Below, one piece after another: positions 9,836 to 19,268 of a stretch of DNA of 38,113 nt (position 1 is its first letter; each line of letters opens with the position of its first letter). The translations under genes were made by a program, and so were the position numbers. The notes below the pieces were generated by a model. It saw only the letters and a list, made by a program, of their open reading frames with translations. It made no database searches and was not told where the DNA came from. Origin of the DNA: an uncultured Dictyoglomota bacterium (GTDB lineage Bacteria; Dictyoglomota; Dictyoglomia; Dictyoglomales; Dictyoglomaceae); contig CAZZIO010000024.1 in the NCBI GenBank assembly GCA_964654465.1, forward strand, positions 1 to 38,113, in the 5' to 3' direction.

Positions 9836-10153
9836 GTGAAAGGAAATCCATTTGAAGCCATGAAACAACTTAAGAAGATACAAGAAAAAATGGCCAAAAT
9901 TGATCAAGAACTTGAACAGACCTTAGTTGAAGGTACAGCAGGTGGTGGAGTAGTAAAAATAGTAATGACTGCGAAAGAGGAAGTAAAAGAAGTAAAAATA
10001 GATCCCGAAGTAGTTAATAAAGAGGAGGTAGATGTATTGGAGGATCTCATCTCAGCTGCCTTAAGAGATGCCCTTACAAAGGCAAAAGAAAAGGCAGCTG
10101 AAAAAATGGGAAGTCTCACTGATGGACTTCCTTTTCCTCCTGGACTTTTCTAA
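9836..10153 (+). CDS. ebfC: YbaB/EbfC nucleoid-associated protein
   Basis: GTAGGGVVKI...IDP...LEDLI motif; conserved position between dnaX and recR. Confidence 0.93.
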   Translation: MKGNPFEAMKQLKKIQEKMAKIDQELEQTLVEGTAGGGVVKIVMTAKEEVKEVKIDPEVVNKEEVDVLEDLISAALRDALTKAKEKAAEKMGSLTDGLPFPPGLF

Positions 10154-10156
10154 AAT

Positions 10157-10765
10157 ATGCATGAAAAAAGCTTATTTGAACAGCTCATTGATGAGCTAAA
10201 AAAGATACCTGGTATTGGGCCTAAGTCAGCTCAAAGGATAGCCTTTTACCTTATAAAACAACCCCAAGAGAATGTAGAGCATTTAGCAAACACCATCTTA
10301 AGGGTTAAAAAACAAACAAAATATTGTTCTATATGTTATAATCTCACCGAAAAGGATCCATGTGAAATATGCTCTAATCCAGATAGAGAGCAATCTATTA
10401 TCTGTGTAGTGGCAGATCCAAAAGACGTATGGGCTATAGAAAAGACATCACATTTTGAGGGAGTTTACCATGTCCTTGGAGGACTTATATCTCCCCTTGA
10501 TGGTGTATTTCCAGAAGATTTAAGAATAAATGAACTAATAGAAAAGGTTAAAAAGGGAAATATAGAGGAAGTAATACTAGCTACTGACTCTACCCCAGAA
10601 GGAGAAGCAACTGCCCTTTATATAGCTCGTCTTTTAATCCCTTATAAAATAAAAGTTACTCGTCTTGCCCATGGACTTCCTGCAGGAACAGAGCTTGATT
10701 TTGCTGATGAAATTACCTTAATCCATGCTATAGATGGAAGACAGGAACTGAAAATAAATTTTTAA
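10157..10765 (+). CDS. recR: Recombination mediator RecR
   Basis: PGIGPKSAQRIAF, C4 zinc finger, YHVLGG, Toprim EGEATALYI, TRLAHGLP. Confidence 0.97.
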   Translation: MHEKSLFEQLIDELKKIPGIGPKSAQRIAFYLIKQPQENVEHLANTILRVKKQTKYCSICYNLTEKDPCEICSNPDREQSIICVVADPKDVWAIEKTSHFEGVYHVLGGLISPLDGVFPEDLRINELIEKVKKGNIEEVILATDSTPEGEATALYIARLLIPYKIKVTRLAHGLPAGTELDFADEITLIHAIDGRQELKINF

Positions 10766-10782
10766 AAAAAGGAGGTTGAAGT

Positions 10783-11355
10783 ATGAAGGATATGTTAGAA
10801 GTTCGCTGGCATGCTAGAGCAGGGCAAGGAGCAAAGACCGCTTCCTATCTCCTTGCTGAAACAGCCATGGAGGCTGGAAAATTTATACAAGCCTTCCCTG
10901 AATATGGTCCAGAAAGAACCGGAGCACCTATGAAGGCCTATACAAGGATAAGTGATAAACCTATAAGAATACACAGCCAAGTATACAATCCAGACGTAGT
11001 GGTAGTTCTTGATAAAAGTCTAATAGGAAAAGTAAATGTATTAGAAGGGCTACCTTCTGATGGGATCATCATTGTAAATACCACTCAAGATCCTAAGGAG
11101 GTTAGAAAAGATCTTGGAATCTCAGATAGGAAAATCTATACCGTAGATGCTACTGGTATAGCTCTTCAAACTATTGGAAGGCCAATACCAAATACCCCAA
11201 TGCTTGGAGCCCTTATAAGAGTAGTTCCAATAATTTCCTTAGAAGATGTACTCGATCAATTGAAAAAGAAATTTGAAGGGAAATTTAAACCCGAGGTTAT
11301 CGAGGGTAACCTTCAAGCTATAAAAAGAGCTTACGAGGAGGTAAAAGGAGAATGA
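10783..11355 (+). CDS. porC: Pyruvate/2-oxoacid:ferredoxin oxidoreductase gamma subunit
   Basis: EVRWHARAGQGAKTA, AFPEYGPERTGAP, PNTPMLGA. Confidence 0.92.
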   Translation: MKDMLEVRWHARAGQGAKTASYLLAETAMEAGKFIQAFPEYGPERTGAPMKAYTRISDKPIRIHSQVYNPDVVVVLDKSLIGKVNVLEGLPSDGIIIVNTTQDPKEVRKDLGISDRKIYTVDATGIALQTIGRPIPNTPMLGALIRVVPIISLEDVLDQLKKKFEGKFKPEVIEGNLQAIKRAYEEVKGE

Positions 11356-11630
11356 AACTTCCAGGATGGAAAGAATTAGTTAATTCGGGTCCAATCCTTC
11401 CAGCATCTACATCTAAAGAGTATAAAACTGGAGATTGGAGAACCTTTAAACCAGAAATAGATTACAATAAATGTACTACATGTATGTTTTGCTGGCTCTT
11501 CTGCCCAGATTCTGCAGTAAAATTTGATGGGCAAAAAGTATACATTGATTATGATTATTGTAAAGGCTGTGGAGTCTGTGCAGCAGAATGCCCTGTAAAA
11601 GCCATAACCATGAAAGAAGAAGAAAAGTAA
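11352..11630 (+). CDS. porD: Pyruvate:ferredoxin oxidoreductase delta subunit (2x[4Fe-4S])
   Basis: KTGDWRTFKP, CxxCxxCxxxCP, YCKGCGVCAAECP. Confidence 0.93.
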   Translation: MKLPGWKELVNSGPILPASTSKEYKTGDWRTFKPEIDYNKCTTCMFCWLFCPDSAVKFDGQKVYIDYDYCKGCGVCAAECPVKAITMKEEEK

Positions 11631-11643
11631 AGGAGGGAAGAAG

Positions 11644-12831
11644 ATGAAAACCCAAGTTAGAAAAATTGCTATAGAGGGAAATGAGGCAGCAGCATTAGCT
11701 TTCAAACAAATAAATCCTGACGTAGTAGCTGCTTATCCTATAACTCCATCTACTGAGGTGGTACAAAAATTTTCTGAATATGTGGCAAACGGAGAAGTAG
11801 ATACCGAATTTGTACCTGTGGAAAGCGAACACAGTGCTATGAGTGCCTGTGTCGGAGCATCTGCTGCTGGAGCAAGAGTTATGACATCTACAGCATCTCA
11901 GGGTTTAGCCCTCATGTGGGAGATGCTTTATATAGCGGCATCCTTAAGGCTACCTATCATAATGACAGTTGCAAACAGAGCTTTATCTGCTCCTATTAAC
12001 ATTCATGGAGATCACAGCGATGCTATGGGAGCAAGAGATTCCGGATGGATACAAATCTTCTCTGAAAATGTACAAGAAATATATGATAATATATTCCAAG
12101 CAGTAAAGATTGCAGAAAATGAAAATGTAAGATTACCTGTAATGGTAGGATATGATGGTTTTATCACAAGTCATTCTGTAGAAACCATTGAGCTTCTTGA
12201 TGATGAGGTGGTTAGAAATTTTGTTGGAAAATATAAACCAAAATATACTCTACTTGACGTGGATAATCCTATCTCTGTTGGACCCCTTGCCCTTACCGAC
12301 TCCTACTTTGAGTTTAAAGTAGCCCAAGCACATGCTATTGAAAATTCTCTCCCCATTATCAAAAAGGTAGGAAAGGAATATGGAGATCTTACAGGAAGAT
12401 ACTATGATGTGATTGAAAAATATAAGATGGATGGAGCTGAATATGTTATAGTAGCTATGAGTTCTACAGTAGGTACAGCAAGAGAAGTGGTAGATAGCCT
12501 TAGAGAAAAAGGGCTTCCTGTAGGACTCCTTAAAATAAGAGTTTTTAGGCCATTCCCCACCGAGGACATTGTCAATGCATTAAAGGATGTAAAAGTAGTA
12601 GGAATCCTTGATAGAAGCATGGTACCAGGATCCTTTGGAGGACCTCTCTATCATGAGATCACATCTGCCATGTATCATTTCGATAAGAGACCAATAGCCC
12701 AAGCCTATGTATATGGTCTTGGTGGAAGAGACATCACCACAAACCATATAGAAAAGGTATTTGAAGAACTTATGGAGATAGGTAAGAAGGGTAAGCCAAA
12801 TCCTCTTACCTACATCGGAGTAAGAGAATAG
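11644..12831 (+). CDS. porA: Pyruvate:ferredoxin oxidoreductase alpha subunit
   Basis: AAYPITPST, VESEHSAMS, TASQGL, NRALSAPINIHGDHSD. Confidence 0.93.
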   Translation: MKTQVRKIAIEGNEAAALAFKQINPDVVAAYPITPSTEVVQKFSEYVANGEVDTEFVPVESEHSAMSACVGASAAGARVMTSTASQGLALMWEMLYIAASLRLPIIMTVANRALSAPINIHGDHSDAMGARDSGWIQIFSENVQEIYDNIFQAVKIAENENVRLPVMVGYDGFITSHSVETIELLDDEVVRNFVGKYKPKYTLLDVDNPISVGPLALTDSYFEFKVAQAHAIENSLPIIKKVGKEYGDLTGRYYDVIEKYKMDGAEYVIVAMSSTVGTAREVVDSLREKGLPVGLLKIRVFRPFPTEDIVNALKDVKVVGILDRSMVPGSFGGPLYHEITSAMYHFDKRPIAQAYVYGLGGRDITTNHIEKVFEELMEIGKKGKPNPLTYIGVRE

Positions 12832-12843
12832 GAGGTGCTAAAA

Positions 12844-13779
12844 ATGGCAATAAATCTCAGAGAATTAGCATTAAAAGAAGAGAGATTAGTAAGTGGACAT
12901 AGATTATGTGCAGGTTGTGGTGCCAGCATTATTGTAAGAATGATATTAAATGCCATAGACGAACCAGTGGTAGTAGCAAACGCTACAGGATGTCTTGAAG
13001 TAGCAACCACCATATTCCCTTTCACAGCATGGAATGTACCATGGATTCATAGCGCCTTTGAAAATGCAGCTGCTACCATATCAGGAGTTGAGGCAGCTTA
13101 TAGAGCTTTAAAGAAAAAGGGAGAAATAAATAGAGAGATAAGATTTTTAAGCTTCTCAGGTGATGGTGGTACCTATGATATTGGTCTCCAAGCCCTTTCT
13201 GGCGCCATTGAAAGAGGCCACAGGGCTGTATATATATGCTACAACAATGAAGCTTACATGAATACAGGTATACAAAGATCTGGTGCAACCCCAAGAGGAG
13301 CCTTTACCACAACCTCTCCAGCTGGAAGAGTTATTCCTGGTAAACCTCAAAAGAGAAAAAATCTTACTGAAATGATGGTAGCTAATGGTGCAAGATATGT
13401 GGCACAAGCATCCCCAAGCCACTGGAGAGATCTGATGGAAAAAGTAAGAAAGGCTGTAAATACAGATGGTCCTGCCTTCTTAAACATATACTCCACATGT
13501 CCCAGAGGATGGAGAACACCAGATAATTCTGCTATAAGCATATCAAGACTTGCAGTAGAAACTGGAGCTTGGTTCCTTTATGAAGTAGAAGATGGAAAAT
13601 ACAAAATAAATTACAAACCCGCAAAAGGATTTAAACCCATTGAAGAATATATCAAGGTACAAGGAAGATTTGCCCATCTCTTAAAGCCAGAAAACGCCCA
13701 CATATTAGAAGATCTTAAAAAGGATTTAGAAGAAGAATGGAATAGACTCCTCAGACTTGAGGAAGTTACAAATAAATAG
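12844..13779 (+). CDS. porB: Pyruvate:ferredoxin oxidoreductase beta subunit (TPP-binding)
   Basis: GHRLCAGCG, ATGCLEV, GDGGTYDIG, NEAYMNTG, CPRGW. ATG 12844 chosen from GGAGG spacing; the ORF track starts at 12835. Confidence 0.93.
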   Translation: MAINLRELALKEERLVSGHRLCAGCGASIIVRMILNAIDEPVVVANATGCLEVATTIFPFTAWNVPWIHSAFENAAATISGVEAAYRALKKKGEINREIRFLSFSGDGGTYDIGLQALSGAIERGHRAVYICYNNEAYMNTGIQRSGATPRGAFTTTSPAGRVIPGKPQKRKNLTEMMVANGARYVAQASPSHWRDLMEKVRKAVNTDGPAFLNIYSTCPRGWRTPDNSAISISRLAVETGAWFLYEVEDGKYKINYKPAKGFKPIEEYIKVQGRFAHLLKPENAHILEDLKKDLEEEWNRLLRLEEVTNK

Positions 13780-13781
13780 TC

Positions 13782-14651
13782 ATGGATAAGAATAGGCACC
13801 TCTCCTATAGGAGAGGTGCCATCCCCATAAAAAAGAATATAGATTATAAACTGGGAGTACATCTATTCCGAGGCGATAGAGCTATTTTGGAAGATATAAA
13901 ACTATTAAAGATAAATACCGCTCAAATATTTTCTGGAAATCCAAGGAGCTACAGACCTAATAACGAAAAACTTCCCACCTTTCCTTTTTCAAGCATATTC
14001 ATCCATGCACCCTACGTGGTTAACATTGCATCCTCCGATGAAAAAGTATGGAATCTATCTATAAAAAAGGTAAAAGAAGAATTAAAAATTGCCGAAGAAA
14101 TGGAATGGGAAGGAGTAGTTATACATGCAGGAAGCAGTAAAAAAATGGGAAAAGACGTAGCTAAAAAAAATTTCTTAAAAGCCTTAGAAAAAATCTTTGA
14201 AACTGACGGAGTTAAAAGGGCAAAACTTATTATGGAAAATAGTGCAGGAGAAGGAGACGGATGGGGGTCTACAATAGAAGATTTAATCTCTGTATATGAA
14301 GAATTTCCTGATATCTATTTCTGTCTTGATACATGTCATCTTTTTGCAGCTGGATATAATCTCAAAAATGAGAGAGTATGTAGAGAAACCTTTTATAATT
14401 TCTTTGAAAAGATACCTCAAGAAAAATTAGTTTTAATCCATATAAATGATTCCCATTTTCCCCTTGGATCAAAAAGGGACCAGCATGCCCATGTAGGAAA
14501 AGGTGCCATGGGAGTTACAGCCTTCCAAAATCTATTAAAAATTGAAACCATAAGAAGAATTCCTTTAATACTTGAAACTCCTAAGGACTCTCCCATGGCA
14601 GACCTCTATAATTTACATATAATAAGAAAAATACTTGAAAATTCCGACTAA
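13782..14651 (+). CDS. nfo: Endonuclease IV (AP endonuclease family 2); start uncertain
   Basis: [43 protein letters not shown] metal-ligand motifs. Confidence 0.9.
   Translation: MDKNRHLSYRRGAIPIKKNIDYKLGVHLFRGDRAILEDIKLLKINTAQIFSGNPRSYRPNNEKLPTFPFSSIFIHAPYVVNIASSDEKVWNLSIKKVKEELKIAEEMEWEGVVIHAGSSKKMGKDVAKKNFLKALEKIFETDGVKRAKLIMENSAGEGDGWGSTIEDLISVYEEFPDIYFCLDTCHLFAAGYNLKNERVCRETFYNFFEKIPQEKLVLIHINDSHFPLGSKRDQHAHVGKGAMGVTAFQNLLKIETIRRIPLILETPKDSPMADLYNLHIIRKILENSD
13795..13820. repeat. Perfect 26-bp palindrome GGCACCTCTCCTATAGGAGAGGTGCC just after porB
   Basis: 13-bp arms are exact reverse complements; no U-tract follows on the + strand. Confidence 0.85.
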
Positions 14652-15634
14652 CCTATCAAATATTTCTTCACAAATTTCATCTTCTCATAAGTATGGAAGG
14701 TACCTCCACCTTCATGTCCATTAAAAGGATAAATCTTAATATCCTTTTCTCCTTTGTAATGATTATAGGCTGCAAAAACAGTAGATGGTGGACATATCAT
14801 ATCCATAAGACCTACAGAAAAGAGGGCTTTAGCCTTTGCCCTTGCTGAAAAATTCACCCCATCAAAATAGGAAAGAGTTTTAAATACTTGATCTTCATGA
14901 TCTCTATGAGTCTTCAAATATTGCACTATCTCTTGATATGGATATCCATCGGTAATCTCTACAGCCCTTCTATAATGGCATAAGAAAGGAACATCAGGCA
15001 TAGCAATCTTTAGATCTATACCAATATAGGTAGAAAGTCCAGCAACAGCAAGAGTTATACCTCCTCCTTGACTTCCCCCTGTAATACCAACCCTATTTTT
15101 ATCTACCTGAGGAAAGGATAGTAAAGTTTCTACTGCCCTTACCGCATCTGTAAAAACCCTTCTATAATAATATTTCTTCGGGTCCAAAATACCTCTTGTC
15201 ATAAATCCAGGATATTCTGGATAAAAAGGTGCATCATCATAATCAGGAGTATCTCCAGGACTCCATGAACTCCCCTGTCCTCTTGTATCCATTACTAAGT
15301 GGACAACTCCCATATTAGCCCACAAAAGAAAATCATAAGCAAAACTCCTTCCACCGCCATATCCAATATATTCCACAATCCCAGGAAATTTATCCTTTCT
15401 GTCCTTTGGAACAATAAGCCATGCCTTTATCCTCTGCCCCTTATAACCAGAAAAAGTAACATCATAGGTCTCCACCAATTCAAGTCCAAAATCTACCTTC
15501 TCAAAAACAGGATCCAAAGGATATTTTCTTGATTCTTCAAGGGTCTCTTTCCAAAAATCATCAAAATCTTCCGGCTCTTCCCTTTCAGGTAAATATTTCC
15601 AAAGCTCTGAAAGTGGCAGGTCAAAAAGTGCCAT
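14648..15634 (-). CDS. CE7 acetyl xylan esterase / cephalosporin-C deacetylase
   Basis: DTRGQG, GGSQGGG nucleophile motif, [17 protein letters not shown]. Confidence 0.93.
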   Translation of the reverse strand: MALFDLPLSELWKYLPEREEPEDFDDFWKETLEESRKYPLDPVFEKVDFGLELVETYDVTFSGYKGQRIKAWLIVPKDRKDKFPGIVEYIGYGGGRSFAYDFLLWANMGVVHLVMDTRGQGSSWSPGDTPDYDDAPFYPEYPGFMTRGILDPKKYYYRRVFTDAVRAVETLLSFPQVDKNRVGITGGSQGGGITLAVAGLSTYIGIDLKIAMPDVPFLCHYRRAVEITDGYPYQEIVQYLKTHRDHEDQVFKTLSYFDGVNFSARAKAKALFSVGLMDMICPPSTVFAAYNHYKGEKDIKIYPFNGHEGGGTFHTYEKMKFVKKYLIG

Positions 15635-15821
15635 AAAACACCTCCTCTTTAAATTTTTGAAAATAATTATACTACAATTGTATAAGAAAGATGATGATAG
15701 AGCTTTTAATACATATAATCTAAATCCTATCTACAAAGAATCTTTCCTTTACTTTTTCTTATGTGTTATAATTATTACAATAAGTTTTAAAATAATTAAG
15801 TAGATTAAGGAGGAAAGTAAA

Positions 15822-16946
15822 ATGGCAGATATTAGATCATATGAGATAGTAGAAGGATTATACCTTATTAAAAATCCACAACTTTTCTTCAATTTTAATA
15901 GCTATCTTTTATCATGTCCCTTGGATCAAAACATTAAGCTAAACATCCTTTTTGACCCCCTTCCTTTAAGATGTTTTAAAGATTTTGTAAAAGCTATTGA
16001 TGATCTTATAGGAATAGAAAATATTGATATTATTTATACAAACCATCAAGATCCAGATCTTACCTCTTCTGTTCCTGCTCTTCTTGACCTCTCCAAAAAA
16101 GCCTTCTATCTTACTTCTCAGGATACATGGAGACTTACAAGTGGATATAATATTGATCCAGATAGGTTCCAACCCATTGAAATACTTCCCAATAGAAAAT
16201 TAAAGTTTAGCAAAGATAGTGATGATTGTCTTCAATTTATTCCTACTCCTTTTTGTCACTTTAGAGGTGCTTATGCAGTATATTATCCTAAACTTAAGGT
16301 CCTTTTTACAGGAGACCTCCTTGGAGGGGCATCTACAAAAAAATCTGAAGGAATATATGCTGATAAAGATTCATGGGTTGGTATTAAGCTTTTCCATGAA
16401 GTTTACATGCCCACAAAGGAAGCCTTAAGACTTGCTATAGATCAAATTGGAAGATTGGCTCCTATTCCCGAACTTATTCTCCCTCAACATGGAGATATCA
16501 TAAAGGGAGATTTAGTTATAGAGTTTTTAAAGAGATTAAACGAGATTGATGTTGGATTGGATTATATAAAGAAAGAGGAAAGAGAAAAAGAACTTTATAT
16601 AAGAGTCTTTAATGATATGCTGGACTACGCAAAGAGTAAATATGGAGAAAAGGCAGTGATAGAGAAATTGAATAATATAAGCATTCAAATGTCCAACTAT
16701 CCTGAGATTATTAAAATAGAAAATGGAGTAATCTCTGAGGTTTATATACCTCCAGCCACTGCTTTTGTACTTATATATGATTTATTCTGCCAGCATCTCT
16801 CTGAAAAAGACAAAGAAGATATAAGACTTCAATCTATTGCAACATTCAAAAAATATAACTTATCGGTACCAGAAGAATTGCTTTACAAAAGAAGCAGTTC
16901 TTTGGTAGACAAATTAAGAATAATCTTTAATCCTATAAGAATATAA
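15822..16946 (+). CDS. MBL-fold protein of the oxygen-binding di-iron (ODP)-like type with a helical C-terminal extension
   Basis: NSYL, FDP, NHQDPD, PFCHFRGA, LFTGDL, FHEVYMP, PQHG; SD AAGGAGG; TGnTATAAT at 15764-15772. Confidence 0.75.
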   Translation: MADIRSYEIVEGLYLIKNPQLFFNFNSYLLSCPLDQNIKLNILFDPLPLRCFKDFVKAIDDLIGIENIDIIYTNHQDPDLTSSVPALLDLSKKAFYLTSQDTWRLTSGYNIDPDRFQPIEILPNRKLKFSKDSDDCLQFIPTPFCHFRGAYAVYYPKLKVLFTGDLLGGASTKKSEGIYADKDSWVGIKLFHEVYMPTKEALRLAIDQIGRLAPIPELILPQHGDIIKGDLVIEFLKRLNEIDVGLDYIKKEEREKELYIRVFNDMLDYAKSKYGEKAVIEKLNNISIQMSNYPEIIKIENGVISEVYIPPATAFVLIYDLFCQHLSEKDKEDIRLQSIATFKKYNLSVPEELLYKRSSSLVDKLRIIFNPIRI

Positions 16947-16951
16947 TAATC

Positions 16952-16984
16952 AAAAGCCCTCCAATTTTGTTTGGAAGCTTTTTT
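16952..16984. terminator. Probable bidirectional terminator between convergent genes
   Basis: AAAAGCccTCCAA-ttttgt-TTGGAaGCTTTT, flanked by A and T runs. Confidence 0.55.
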
Positions 16985-17684
16985 ATACTTTTTGTAAAAA
17001 GGCACTCATATCTTCAAAAGTACCAATAATATATAGAATATCTCCTCTATAAATTTTTTCCGATGGACTAATATTACTTATAACATTACCTCCCCTTTGA
17101 ATAGCCAAAATTGACAAATTATATTTTCGCCTCAATTCCAATTCCTCTATTGTTTTTCCTATAATTGATTCTGGTGGCTCTATCTCAAAAATTTTAACGT
17201 TTGCTGAAAACTCCATATAATCAATAACATTTGGAGCTACTAATCTTTGAGCAAGTCTCACTCCCATATCCCTCTCTGGATATACAATAAAATTCACACC
17301 AATTTTCTCAAGAATCTTTTCATGTGGCTCACTTATAGCCCTTGCAATTACAAATTGCACACCAAGTTCTTTAACCAAAAGAGCTGTAAGTACACTTGAT
17401 TCCACATCATGAGCTATAGCAACTATGGCCACATCTACATTTTGTACTCCAGCCTCTCTTAAAGCATTTATGTTCGTTGAGTCTAAAACTCTTACAAAAG
17501 ACACATAATCTTTGACTTCCTCAACCTTACTTTCATCTTTATCAATAGCTATTACAGAATATCCCATTCTTTCAAGGGTTAAAGCCACCGATACTCCAAA
17601 CCTTCCTAAACCTATCACTGCAAAACTCGTGAGCTTTGTCTTATCAAGACCTGCCTTTTTTAGACTATAAGCTAAAGATTTCAT
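16983..17684 (-). CDS. ktrA: Ktr/Trk potassium uptake RCK subunit
   Basis: FAVIGLGRFG, VYPERDMGVRLA, RCK_C domain. Confidence 0.9.
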   Translation of the reverse strand: MKSLAYSLKKAGLDKTKLTSFAVIGLGRFGVSVALTLERMGYSVIAIDKDESKVEEVKDYVSFVRVLDSTNINALREAGVQNVDVAIVAIAHDVESSVLTALLVKELGVQFVIARAISEPHEKILEKIGVNFIVYPERDMGVRLAQRLVAPNVIDYMEFSANVKIFEIEPPESIIGKTIEELELRRKYNLSILAIQRGGNVISNISPSEKIYRGDILYIIGTFEDMSAFLQKV

Positions 17685-17687
17685 AAA

Positions 17688-19046
17688 TTAACCTATACTC
17701 ACCTCCTCAGTTGGGTACTCAACATGAGATCTCTTTGATACAGGCACCAAAATTGCCATACCTGCAGTAACAGTACCAACTCTTCCTAAAAACATGATAA
17801 AAATAATAACCAATTTAGCAAAAGGAGAAAGATAAGGAGTTATTCCTGTAGAAAGCCCCACAGTACCAAAAGCAGATACTACTTCAAATAGAATGGAAAG
17901 AGGAGGAAATGGCTCTGTTATAAGAAGAATAAACCATCCTAAAATTACAAGAGTGATGGACAATAAAAATACAGTATAAGCCCTTTTCACATTATCCCAA
18001 GTGATAGTTCTATCTTTAAAGTGAAGATTTTTCCTTTCTAAAATTACTGCTACTACACTCAACCAAAGAACTAAAAAAGTTACTGTCTTTATACCACCAC
18101 CTGTTCCACCTGGAGATGCACCAATAAACATAAGAACCATCAAAAAAAGAAGAGTAGAAGGGTTTAATTTTCCAATATCCAAAGTACTAAAACCAGCTGT
18201 TCTTGGAGTAACAGACTGAAAAAAGGACGCTAAAAACTTTGACCATAGATTTAAAGGTTTCAATGTCTTTGGATTATTATATTCAAGCATAAAGATAAAA
18301 ATAGTACCTATAATAATTAAAAATACTGTTGTAACAATTGCCATCTTACTATGCAGAGAAAGATGTAGCTTCCTTTTAGTAAATTTTTGGATAAAATCAT
18401 AAATGACAATAAAGCCTATACCTCCAATTACAATAAGAGATGTTATTGTAAAAACTAAATGAGAATTAGAAACATATCCTGTAAAACTTTTAAAACCCCC
18501 TAAAAGGTCAAAGCCTGCATTACAAAAAGCAGAAACTGAATGAAATATGGCAAATTTTAAGCTCTTTAAGAAAGAATAATCTTTAATAAAGACAAAAAAC
18601 AAAGAAATAGCCCCCAATAACTCAAATATAAATACTATAATAAGTACACTTTTTAAAAAAGAAACAATTCCTCTAAGAGACGTAGTATTTAACGAATACT
18701 GCAAAAACAATCTTTCTTTAAGTTGTATCTTTCTATTTAAAAGAAGCATCATGCCTGTTGCAATTACAGCATAACTTAACCCACCTATTTGAATTAAGAG
18801 AAGAATCACTAAGTGGCCAAAATGGGACCAATAAGTACCTGTATCAACAACTACAAGTCCTGTTACACAAGTAGCAGATGTTGCTGTGAATAAGGCAGTA
18901 AGAAAATCAGTAAACTTACCTTCTGCAGAAGAGAAAGGTAACATTAAAAGTAACGTACCTGCAAGAATTACTGCTCCAAAACTTAAAATCAAAAATAAAG
19001 CAGGATTTAACCCTCTTTTTTTAGAAACAATTTCACCATCAATCAT
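17688..19046 (-). CDS. ktrB: Ktr/TrkH potassium uptake membrane subunit
   Basis: Four pore motifs: SATCVTGL, SAFCNAGF, TPRTAGF, SAFGTVGLS; GASPGGTGGGIKT. Confidence 0.93.
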   Translation of the reverse strand: MIDGEIVSKKRGLNPALFLILSFGAVILAGTLLLMLPFSSAEGKFTDFLTALFTATSATCVTGLVVVDTGTYWSHFGHLVILLLIQIGGLSYAVIATGMMLLLNRKIQLKERLFLQYSLNTTSLRGIVSFLKSVLIIVFIFELLGAISLFFVFIKDYSFLKSLKFAIFHSVSAFCNAGFDLLGGFKSFTGYVSNSHLVFTITSLIVIGGIGFIVIYDFIQKFTKRKLHLSLHSKMAIVTTVFLIIIGTIFIFMLEYNNPKTLKPLNLWSKFLASFFQSVTPRTAGFSTLDIGKLNPSTLLFLMVLMFIGASPGGTGGGIKTVTFLVLWLSVVAVILERKNLHFKDRTITWDNVKRAYTVFLLSITLVILGWFILLITEPFPPLSILFEVVSAFGTVGLSTGITPYLSPFAKLVIIFIMFLGRVGTVTAGMAILVPVSKRSHVEYPTEEVSIG

Positions 19047-19104
19047 AAAAGCTAAGAAAAAAATACACCTCTTTTCAAATAAATCTTTTTCTTAACATCT
19101 AAGT

Positions 19105-19133
19105 ATTCTATATCTAAAGCATTTATGAGTCAA
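19105..19133 (-). promoter_or_regulatory. Sigma70 promoter of ktrBA
   Basis: Minus strand TTGACT (19133-19128), 17 nt spacer, TAGAAT (19110-19105). Confidence 0.7.
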
Positions 19134-19201
19134 ATTTATAAAATTAATTAGAAGCCATAATATAGATATCATATAAGGTTATTAATTTAACACATTTTTA
19201 A

Positions 19202-19230
19202 TTGAAACTTAAGAACATAATATTTATAAT
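19202..19230 (+). promoter_or_regulatory. Sigma70 promoter of purC
   Basis: TTGAAA (19202-19207), 17 nt spacer, TATAAT (19225-19230). Confidence 0.7.
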
Positions 19231-19268
19231 TAAACAAAATAAAACTCTTAAAAGAGGTTTTGAGATTT

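Noticed and set aside
19047-19105. c-di-AMP (ydaO) riboswitch upstream of ktrB
   Set aside because: The predicted leader is ~50 nt and AT-rich, too short for the aptamer.
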